A stretch of DNA of 64,000 nucleotides from an uncultured Solirubrobacteraceae bacterium (GTDB lineage: Bacteria > Actinomycetota > Thermoleophilia > Solirubrobacterales > Solirubrobacteraceae). The translations under genes and the position numbers were made by a program. The notes beneath the pieces were generated by a model. The model worked only from the letters and a program-made list of their open reading frames with translations. It was not told the DNA's origin and did no database searches. How positions within the stretch are numbered: the stretch's first letter is position 1; each line of letters begins with the position of its first letter. Shown here piece by piece: positions 31,191-39,091 of the stretch. The stretch is from assembly GCA_964588985.1 (NCBI GenBank), contig CAZPQW010000005.1, positions 1 through 64,000 of the forward strand, read 5' to 3'.

Positions 31191-32299
31191 AGGATCGAGA
31201 TGTCCGAGTTGTCGCCCACCATGAATCGGTATGCGCGCGGTTGGCGCGCGTCGCGGCGGATGGTGACGTTGCGCCCGAGCAGCGAGGACTCCATCCGCCC
31301 GTCGAGGTCGCGAACGGTGCATCCGGCGAGCAGGATCGAGTGCTCGACCTCGGCTCCGGAGATCGTGCAGCGCTCTCCGATGGCGGTGTAGGGGCCCACG
31401 TAGCAGTCGCTCAGCCGCGCGCCCGCGCCGATGATCGCGGGGCCGCGCACGGTCGTGCGCTCGAGACGCGCCCCCGGCTCGATCACTACGCGCCCGTCGA
31501 CCTGCGAGTCGATCAGCTCGCCCTCGACGCGCTCGAGGAGGTTGTCGAGGACCAGACGGTTGGCGTCGAGCATGTCCTCCAGACGGCCGGTGTCCTTCCA
31601 CCAGCCGCGCACGACGTGCGGCTCGACGCGCATGTCGCCGTCCACGAGGTACTGGATCGCGTCGGTGATCTCGAGCTCGCCGCGAGCCGACGGCTCGATC
31701 GCGCGCGCCGCGTCGTGGATGGCGGCGGTAAACATGTAGACGCCCACGAGCGCGAGATCGGTCGCGGGCTCGCTCGGCTTCTCTATCAGGCGCACGATGC
31801 GCCCCAGTCCTGAGGGCTGCCCGCCCTCCTCACCAGGCACGACGGACGCGAGCTCGGCGACGCCGTAGTTCTCCGGGTCGGGCACGGGGGTGAGCAGGAT
31901 GAGGGCGTCGGGAGCGTGCTCGCGGAACGAGGCCACGAGCTCGGCTATCCCGCCCTGCAGGAGGTTGTCGCCGAGATACATCACGAACGGGCTCGCGCCG
32001 AGGAACGGCTCGGCGGTGAGCACCGCGTGCGCGAGACCTAGCGGCTCATCCTGGACGATGTAGGAGATGTGCACGCCGAAGCGGGAGCCGTCGCCCGCGG
32101 CGGCTTCGATCTCGGGGCCGGTGTCGGGGGCGATGATGATGCCCACCTCCTCGATCCCCGCCTCGGCCATCGCCTCTATCCCATAGAACAGGACGGGCTT
32201 GTTGGCCACGGGCACGAGCTGCTTGGCGCTCGTGTGGGTGATCGGGCGCAGTCGCGTGCCCTTGCCTCCGGAGAGGATCAGTCCCTTGAGTGGCTCCAT
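31187..32299 (-). CDS. rfbA: Glucose-1-phosphate thymidylyltransferase (long form)
   Basis: GLILSGGKGTRLRPIT...KQLVPVANKP, RGELEITDA, WWKDTG, C-terminal hexapeptide region. Confidence 0.93.
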   Translation of the reverse strand: MEPLKGLILSGGKGTRLRPITHTSAKQLVPVANKPVLFYGIEAMAEAGIEEVGIIIAPDTGPEIEAAAGDGSRFGVHISYIVQDEPLGLAHAVLTAEPFLGASPFVMYLGDNLLQGGIAELVASFREHAPDALILLTPVPDPENYGVAELASVVPGEEGGQPSGLGRIVRLIEKPSEPATDLALVGVYMFTAAIHDAARAIEPSARGELEITDAIQYLVDGDMRVEPHVVRGWWKDTGRLEDMLDANRLVLDNLLERVEGELIDSQVDGRVVIEPGARLERTTVRGPAIIGAGARLSDCYVGPYTAIGERCTISGAEVEHSILLAGCTVRDLDGRMESSLLGRNVTIRRDARQPRAYRFMVGDNSDISIL

Positions 32300-32306
32300 T
32301 GCGCGA

Positions 32307-32549
32307 TCACCCTAACGCTTCGGCGCGGAGCAGCAGCGCGCCGGGTCGCACGCCGAGCGCCTTCGCTAGCCTGACCAGCAGCACGTAGTCTGGATCGAGC
32401 CGTCCGTCCTCGAGCGCCTGGATGCGACGCTTGCCGACACCCACTGTCGCTTCGAGCTCACTTTGGCTGAGCCCGCGCTGCTCTCGTAGCTCGCGAATCG
32501 CTTGGCCGAGCCGGGCGAGCTCTTCAGCCTCCTGCGAGCTCTGGGACAA
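32307..32549 (-). CDS. Small XRE-family HTH protein
   Basis: LGQAIRELREQRGLSQSEL...LEDGRLDP...RLAKALGV. Confidence 0.75.
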   Translation of the reverse strand: MSQSSQEAEELARLGQAIRELREQRGLSQSELEATVGVGKRRIQALEDGRLDPDYVLLVRLAKALGVRPGALLLRAEALG

Positions 32550-32570
32550 AGAAAACCTCGCAAACTGGTC

Positions 32571-32586
32571 GTAGACAACTGTCTGC
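32571..32586. promoter_or_regulatory. Near-palindrome between divergent XRE genes (candidate operator)
   Basis: GTAGACA-AC-TGTCTGC. Confidence 0.4.
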
Positions 32587-32648
32587 AGAGGTGGATACGC
32601 CAGGAACGTCCTAACTCCTCCTAGACGCGATGCGTAAGGCTCCCGGCC

Positions 32649-32912
32649 GTGCCACCCAAGAGGAAGTCCCAGCCACGCAGCCCGGAGCTCGATGCGCTGG
32701 GCAAGGCGATCGAGCAGCGCATGGCCGAGAAGGGCCTGACGCAGAAGTCGCTGGCAGACGCCTCCGGCATCGACATCAGGCGCATAGGGGACTACGTCCG
32801 AGGACAGTACAACCCAAACCTCGCCAACCTCAAGCGCCTATGCAAAGCCTTGGATCTCACCTCCCACGACCTGACGGAACGTGCAGGAAGGCTCGAAACG
32901 CCCTCTGACTAG
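32649..32912 (+). CDS. Small XRE-family HTH protein
   Basis: LGKAIEQRMAEKGLTQKSLADASGI...YVRGQYNPNLANLKRLCKALDL. Confidence 0.8.
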   Translation: MPPKRKSQPRSPELDALGKAIEQRMAEKGLTQKSLADASGIDIRRIGDYVRGQYNPNLANLKRLCKALDLTSHDLTERAGRLETPSD

Positions 32913-33412
32913 TAGACCCCGCCGAGCTTGCGGTGATCCCAGCTCGCTCTACGCACCTCGACGAACTCGAGCGCGACGCGCTTCAGCGCCTGCTTGTCGA
33001 CCATCTCGCCGACCTCTGGCGGCAGGTTCTCCGCAGGAGGCTGCCCGCGTGGGGAGGCGTAGCGCGCGAAGATCTCGTGCCCGAGCGCTTTGACGACATC
33101 CGCGTCGCGGTGAACGCGCACCTCGCACTCGAGCATCACTCCGCGCAGCTCCTGGTACTGCTCGCCGGCCTCCACCTGCACCGTGGCGCGGGGGTCGCGC
33201 TCGAGATTGCGCACCTTCTGCGTGACGCCGTACGTCCACGACCACAGGCGCGGCCCGGGCTCGCCGGCGGGCGAGTCGCGCAGGACGTACCACAGCGGCA
33301 TCAGGTGGGGCCAGCCGCGCGGGCCCGCGGTGGCGCATGTGAGCGTGCGCTCCTCGGCCAGGAAGCCGCCAACCTCACCCTCGCTCATCCTGATCTGCTC
33401 CCGGCGGCTCAC
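32909..33412 (-). CDS. Pyridoxamine 5'-phosphate oxidase (PPOX, possibly F420-dependent) family protein
   Basis: PHLMPLWY, QKVRNLERDPRATV, YQELRGV, SWDHRKLG. Confidence 0.85.
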   Translation of the reverse strand: MSRREQIRMSEGEVGGFLAEERTLTCATAGPRGWPHLMPLWYVLRDSPAGEPGPRLWSWTYGVTQKVRNLERDPRATVQVEAGEQYQELRGVMLECEVRVHRDADVVKALGHEIFARYASPRGQPPAENLPPEVGEMVDKQALKRVALEFVEVRRASWDHRKLGGVY

Positions 33413-33448
33413 GGCGGTGAGACTATCGACGAGCGGGCAAGGTCGGCT

Positions 33449-35632
33449 TCAGGCCGCCGCGGGCGCGGAGTTGGCCTCGCGCAGGCGCGTGACCGCACAA
33501 CGGACCGCCTCACGGGCGTCCTCGGGCTCGAGCACCGCGGCGTCGCCCGCTTCCTTGAGGATCTCGCGTACGAGCCAGTCCACACCGGCGAAGCTCAGCT
33601 CGACGACCACCGACCCGTCGCTCCACTCCTCGACCACGCGCCTGGCCTCGCGCGCCCAGCGCGCGCGCTCGGGCGACACCCACACGCGGGCGCTGCGCGA
33701 CGCGGGCACCTCGCCGGTGCGCAGCCAACCGTCGACCTCGCCCGCCGGATCGACCTCGGGGCGCGGCTCGAACTTCTCGTCGGTGACGTGCACGCGCTTG
33801 ATGCGGTCCAGCCGGAAGTGGCGAACGCCTTCGCGCTCGGGGTCGAACGAGGCCACGTACCAGCCCTCGCGTCCGTTGGTGAGCGCGTAGGGCTCGACTC
33901 TGCGCGGCGAGAGCTCGTCCTCGTTCTCCTTGTAGTAGTCGAGCTCGATCATGCGCCTCTGCACGATCGCCTTGGAGACCTTGCGCGCGACGTCAGAGTC
34001 GTCGCCCGCGGTGGCGGCGACCTGCAGACCCTGCTCCATCGGGTCCTCGCCGAGGGCGGCGACGATCTTCTTGCGCGCGGAGGTGAGCGAGCCCTCGGGG
34101 ATGTGCTCGCCGATCAGGTCGATCGCCGCGACGAGCGCCTTCGCCTCGACGGGCAGCAGTCGCGCGGGCCGGTCGAAGTTGTCGCTGTAGGGCTCGGGGT
34201 CGACCTCGATCTCGCCGGTGTCCTCCTTGATCTCCGCGTACAGCACGTAGGAGCCGCCGCCGAAGTTGACGACATTGAGCACGTTGACGTCCTCGCGAAG
34301 CTCCTCGTCGCTGATCTGCAGGCGCTCGCAGATCTCCTTCATCACGACCCGCTCGCCCTCACGCCCGGCCTTGATGAGGATCGAGGCGAGCGTTACGAGC
34401 CGCGCGAAGCGCTCGGGACGGATCGCGGCCTCGGGGCGCGCGGAGCCACCCTCGCCGTCGGCCCCGCTTGACTCGCCTCTGCGCGCAGTACGGGAGCGCG
34501 CGGAGCCGGTGATCCGTCCCGTGCCCGCGGCGGCGACGGGCGCGGCTGGCTTGCTGGCGCGCGGCGGGACAGGCGCGGCGTCGCCGTGGCGCTCCTCGAG
34601 CAGCTCCAGGCGGCGCTGGAACTCAGCGACGAGCTCCTCCGGGCCGAGCAGCTGCGCGTTGGACCCCAGCCCGAGCAGCCACGAGACGATCGAGCGTGGG
34701 CTGGAGTAGCCGGTGAGGAAGATCCTGTCACCGTCCTCGACCGCGGCGGCGGCGGTCGATCCACCGTCGCCCTCGGTGGCGGGGTCGCGGATCTCGCCGT
34801 AGCGGCCGAAGTGGCGCTCCACCTGCCAGGCGATGCGCTCGGAGATGAGCATGCGCGCGACGCCGCGCTCCTCTCCGAGCTGCCAGTCGGCGCGGTTGGC
34901 GTAGGCGCGCGGGTCGAAGTCGGCGGGGCGGTGGAAGTCGTGCTCGGCCTTGGTCGCGTAGGAGACCTTGCCGCGGATGCGCGTGAGGCGAAACACGCGA
35001 ATCGCGTCGCGCTCGTGCGAGTGGCCGAGCAGGTAGAACTGGCCGCCCTGGAAGAGCAGGTGGTAGGGGTCGACGCGGCGAGTCGATACCTCGTCGCGCT
35101 CCATCGTGTAGTAGTCGAACACAATCGTCTTGTTGCGGAAGATCGCGGTCTCGACCTTCGCGAGGCGCGCGGAGAGCTCGTGGCCGCCGGCGGAGGCGGT
35201 GATGCCGAGTGCGACGGAGCGCTGCTCGGGGGCGCGCAGCGGACTGGGGCGACCCCAGGTGATCTGCTGGAGCGCGAGGCGCAGCGGCTCGGCGTAGGCG
35301 AATTCGCCGTCGAGCAGCGTGAGCGCGGTCTGCAACGCGGCCAGCTCCTTGTCGGTGAACTCGATCGCCGGCAGGTGGAAGTTCTCGGGACGCAGCGAGT
35401 AGTTCTCCTGCTCGGCGGCGCCGTCGGCTGGGCGCTCGACGGTCAGCTGGATGCGCAGCGATTCCAGCTCGGAGCGGTCCGCGTAGAAGCGCCGCGCGAA
35501 CGCGTCCTCGTTCATGCCGCTGTAGCCCTCCACGTCGCGTCTGATCTCCAGGGCCGTAACGGGCCGACGCTCGGCCATCAGGTAGGAGATCAGCGACAGT
35601 TGGCGGATCAGCTTCTCGGTGTCCTTTGCCAT
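33449..35632 (-). CDS. Double-WYL transcriptional regulator (fused PafB-PafC-like)
   Basis: Two HTH-WYL-WCX units: RRFYADRSEL...RRVDPYHL...FYLLGH...FRLTRI, then RFARLVTL...RRVEPY...WYVAS...FRLDRI. Start placed at ATG 35632. Confidence 0.88.
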   Translation of the reverse strand: MAKDTEKLIRQLSLISYLMAERRPVTALEIRRDVEGYSGMNEDAFARRFYADRSELESLRIQLTVERPADGAAEQENYSLRPENFHLPAIEFTDKELAALQTALTLLDGEFAYAEPLRLALQQITWGRPSPLRAPEQRSVALGITASAGGHELSARLAKVETAIFRNKTIVFDYYTMERDEVSTRRVDPYHLLFQGGQFYLLGHSHERDAIRVFRLTRIRGKVSYATKAEHDFHRPADFDPRAYANRADWQLGEERGVARMLISERIAWQVERHFGRYGEIRDPATEGDGGSTAAAAVEDGDRIFLTGYSSPRSIVSWLLGLGSNAQLLGPEELVAEFQRRLELLEERHGDAAPVPPRASKPAAPVAAAGTGRITGSARSRTARRGESSGADGEGGSARPEAAIRPERFARLVTLASILIKAGREGERVVMKEICERLQISDEELREDVNVLNVVNFGGGSYVLYAEIKEDTGEIEVDPEPYSDNFDRPARLLPVEAKALVAAIDLIGEHIPEGSLTSARKKIVAALGEDPMEQGLQVAATAGDDSDVARKVSKAIVQRRMIELDYYKENEDELSPRRVEPYALTNGREGWYVASFDPEREGVRHFRLDRIKRVHVTDEKFEPRPEVDPAGEVDGWLRTGEVPASRSARVWVSPERARWAREARRVVEEWSDGSVVVELSFAGVDWLVREILKEAGDAAVLEPEDAREAVRCAVTRLREANSAPAAA

Positions 35633-35692
35633 CCGCACCAAAGATAGAAGCCAGCGGCGGGGCGGGTACAGAACGGTCGAACTGACGCCCCG

Positions 35693-38600
35693 CTATTTGC
35701 GGGGTTTGGGGCGGTGGGGCTTCGGCTTGGGCTTGCTGCAGCCGGTCACGGTCAGCTTGGTCGTCCTGGTGATCACCGCGTTGTTCTGCCCCGTGATGCT
35801 CGCGGGCATCGCCAGCTTCTGCCCGCAGAGGCTGTACTTGGCCCGCGCGGGGAGGTAGGTCGCGAGGATCGAGTGCGGTCCCTGCGGGAACGTCGCCGTG
35901 AAGCTCGTGAACGGCGCGTCCGGGACCGCTCTGAAGGTCTCGGAGGTGATCCCGTGCTTGATGTTGGTGTTGCCGTCCAGCTCGATCGTGATTCCTTCCG
36001 CCTGGAGCACGAACACGAGGTCCGGGAACGCAGCCCCGCCGTGCGAGACGAGGTAGATCGGGCCCGTCATCGCGCTCTTCAGGATCGGGGTGTGCAGCAC
36101 GGCGCTCCCCACGACAGAGGCTGCCGGGCAGCCGGCTGGGTTCGCGTTGAACACCGTGTCGATGCACGCTTTCTGAAGGGTCGCGAGCCGCGAGGGCAGC
36201 TGCTTTGGAACGTCGACCTTGACCTTCTCGATGTTCGCCTGGCCAGAGGTGGCGGTGAACGTCACCGACAGCCCGGCGCCGTTCTTTTTGCTGGCCTTTC
36301 CGGGTGTCGAGACCTTCAACACGGGGCTGAAGCCTAGGCCCGCGCATCCGGTCACCGCGAAGGGCGTGGAGAGGGCGGCCGTGGCGCCTCGGTCGCCCGT
36401 CGCGACGCCTTTGACCTCCTGCTGAGAGCAGTTCGTGGGGTTCAACACGAAGTGTTCCTTGTCGATCGTGACGTTGAGTGCTTTTAGACGCAACGGCACG
36501 CCCAGCCTGGACTGGGGGATGGGGTCGCTCGTGATCGTCACCGCTGCCGTCGACGGGTTCACGTTGATCGTCGCGCGTACAACTATGTTGCCGAGGTTGA
36601 ATGGGCCGGCGACTGCCGGGGTGACCACGTCTAGGCCGAATGGGGCGCCCTTGTACGGGCCGGTCAGATAGACCCGGCCGCTGACGTAGAACGGTTCTGA
36701 GCCCGAGCCGGCTCCGGCTGTGTCGTGCCCTATCAGGCTGGAACCTGGGCATTCTCCAGTCGCAGCCTGTGACTCCGGGCACGGCGTGACGTTCGAGAGC
36801 ATCGCGAGCAGCCCCAGCGGAGGGGTGACGGACAAGCCCGTCACGTTCTGTTCGCGGTCTTGGCGGGTCAGGGTTGTTGTAAACGACGTCGATCCAGCGG
36901 CAGCGGTTGAAACGCTGCCGCTAGTAAAGCCCGGAGTGAATGGCCATCGGGTAGGACATATGCCGCCAGCGCCGTCCGCGTCAACGGTGAATGCGGTCGG
37001 TGTGGGCGCGAACGGTTCGCTGCTACTCCATGACGTAAAGCTCGCCGTCGACGTGGCCACGCCGCATACTTGCGGGGTCGCGAGAACCGCTCGCTGCCCG
37101 CCATGGACTCTCAGCTTCAGTTCGCTGAAGGGAAAGTCGGATGCTTCGTTGAGATGAACCGTGACACGCCCGGTAATCTGATCAACTGAAATGCTTGTAG
37201 GTTCCTTGATCAGCACCCCGTTGCCGGAGAGTTCAACAAAGCCAGCAAACAGCATACCATCATCGGCGTCCCCTGCAGTGCATTCAGGTTGATCCTGCCC
37301 TCCGCATCTCGGTTGCGCGAGATACACGTGGCCCTGCAGCGGAGCGGGCGATTCCCCTACGTCGCACGCTGGCAAAGGCTCTTCACCGCACCGGTTTTCC
37401 AAAAGCGGAGTGAACACTTCGACTGATCCAATCGTAGAGGCCGCAGGACAGTGCCCCGGGGCGGTGTGGTACTGGTTGTCGTCGTAAAGGCTGCTATTCC
37501 CCCCAGCGTGCCCCGCCCCCAGTTCGGTGGCTTCGGGATTTCCTTCGTCTCTACCACCAGGACCAATGCTGTTTGTCCCGAGATTAATCCCTTCCGAACC
37601 GCGTTCTCGGCAGCCCTCCAGCCCCTGGGCTGCAGCGGGAGAGATAGACACGCCAGCCGGCAGGGTCGCCGAGATGTCCCTCATCTCCGGCACCGCGACT
37701 TCTTCAAACGCCGTGGTCTGCGGCACGCTCACCGTCCCTTGAAAGCCTGACGGCGCATCCGCCCGCGTGGCGCCTTCAACCCCCGTCAGCGGCGAAAACG
37801 ATAGAGATGGCGTAAATGCCGCCTGCAGCGCTGTGCAGCCCGATATCCGGTGAAACGGTGTGGTCGCTTGAGTCTTCACTTGCCCCGGGCTTTCCCACGT
37901 TTCTACTTCAACCCGCGCTTCATCCGACGCGGCGGAGCAATCCACCGGATCGGTGATCAGCGCAGCAGACGAACCGGTTTCGTCAAACACCCCAGGCTCG
38001 CCCCACAATGTCAACATCACATCCCCCGTCTCCAGCACCGGCGGGACACCTACAGTCGTCAGCCGCACTCTGTTACCTGAAGCCGAATGCACGACCGTCG
38101 CGTACAAATACACCGTCTGCGACGCGAATGTAAAGCCGAGCACAGCCGGATATCCCGGCTCGCTCACCACGTTGAAAACCGGCGACGGATTTCCCTGCGT
38201 CGTTGTGTGATAGTCAGCCGTTTCGAATTTCCCTGCCGCTATCGCAAGCGTTCCCACTCGACTCCCCCTCGGGCACTGGCCATGGAACAACTGCACCTGT
38301 GTACATCGTTCGGTGCTCAACAAGTTCCCGACCATCCCGATCGGAAGTTCCACTGAGATTTTCTTGACATTTTCAACCTGCATAAAGCGCACGTGTTGGG
38401 GGTTCGCCGGCTCATACATCCACGGGAACGCAAGACTCGTCGTGACCTGCCATGGGTGACCGCCAGCCTGCTGTTCGGGTTCCCCCTTTGCGTTGTTCAC
38501 TTCCATGCTAAATTCCGTAATCTCAAAGCTCTGTGGCCCCGTTCCCACTGGCGTACTCTGGCTCGTGGTTGCGCCTCCGCTCGCGCCCCCACCGGTCACG

Positions 38601-39091
38601 GTTACGCTGTTGATCAACGAGATCGCTGATTCGCTTGGAGCGGATACTTCAATCGCCAGCGACGGCGCATACCCATTCGCGCCAGCCGAATATTCTTCTT
38701 CTTCTTCGCTGACCGCTCCCAAGCTTTCGTTCAGCGTGCACACTACGAGCGCCGCTTCGACTTCAGCACAGCTCCACTGCCCTCCCTCGTGTCCTCCTTG
38801 ACCTTCAAAGCCAGTCATCGTCAAACCTTTCGGCAGATGATCTGTCAACGTGACTTCACCTGAAGAAGGTCCACTACCAGTGTTGCTAACGATGATCTGA
38901 TAGCGATTTCCAGATGATGGAAGAAACTGTGAAGGCTGCGCTACCCCGCGCACACTCCAAGCAACAGCCCCAAGCCCGACCGCCGGAATCACTAGAAAGC
39001 CTGTCAGCAGCAATAGCACCGCGCCAGCACCCAAGCCCACACGCCGCACCAAACCGCCATCGCTTACGCTCGTCGTGCTCATCCAGATCAC
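35693..39091 (-). CDS. Large (~1,130 aa) secreted Cys-rich beta protein with basic C-terminal tail
   Basis: Signal peptide, DUF11/Ig-like N-terminal segment (VSNTGSGPSSGEVTLTDHLP), repeated CP..S.IG motifs, tail GCSKPKPKPHRPKPRK; start uncertain (39091 or 39082). Confidence 0.8.
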   Translation of the reverse strand: MIWMSTTSVSDGGLVRRVGLGAGAVLLLLTGFLVIPAVGLGAVAWSVRGVAQPSQFLPSSGNRYQIIVSNTGSGPSSGEVTLTDHLPKGLTMTGFEGQGGHEGGQWSCAEVEAALVVCTLNESLGAVSEEEEEYSAGANGYAPSLAIEVSAPSESAISLINSVTVTGGGASGGATTSQSTPVGTGPQSFEITEFSMEVNNAKGEPEQQAGGHPWQVTTSLAFPWMYEPANPQHVRFMQVENVKKISVELPIGMVGNLLSTERCTQVQLFHGQCPRGSRVGTLAIAAGKFETADYHTTTQGNPSPVFNVVSEPGYPAVLGFTFASQTVYLYATVVHSASGNRVRLTTVGVPPVLETGDVMLTLWGEPGVFDETGSSAALITDPVDCSAASDEARVEVETWESPGQVKTQATTPFHRISGCTALQAAFTPSLSFSPLTGVEGATRADAPSGFQGTVSVPQTTAFEEVAVPEMRDISATLPAGVSISPAAAQGLEGCRERGSEGINLGTNSIGPGGRDEGNPEATELGAGHAGGNSSLYDDNQYHTAPGHCPAASTIGSVEVFTPLLENRCGEEPLPACDVGESPAPLQGHVYLAQPRCGGQDQPECTAGDADDGMLFAGFVELSGNGVLIKEPTSISVDQITGRVTVHLNEASDFPFSELKLRVHGGQRAVLATPQVCGVATSTASFTSWSSSEPFAPTPTAFTVDADGAGGICPTRWPFTPGFTSGSVSTAAAGSTSFTTTLTRQDREQNVTGLSVTPPLGLLAMLSNVTPCPESQAATGECPGSSLIGHDTAGAGSGSEPFYVSGRVYLTGPYKGAPFGLDVVTPAVAGPFNLGNIVVRATINVNPSTAAVTITSDPIPQSRLGVPLRLKALNVTIDKEHFVLNPTNCSQQEVKGVATGDRGATAALSTPFAVTGCAGLGFSPVLKVSTPGKASKKNGAGLSVTFTATSGQANIEKVKVDVPKQLPSRLATLQKACIDTVFNANPAGCPAASVVGSAVLHTPILKSAMTGPIYLVSHGGAAFPDLVFVLQAEGITIELDGNTNIKHGITSETFRAVPDAPFTSFTATFPQGPHSILATYLPARAKYSLCGQKLAMPASITGQNNAVITRTTKLTVTGCSKPKPKPHRPKPRK

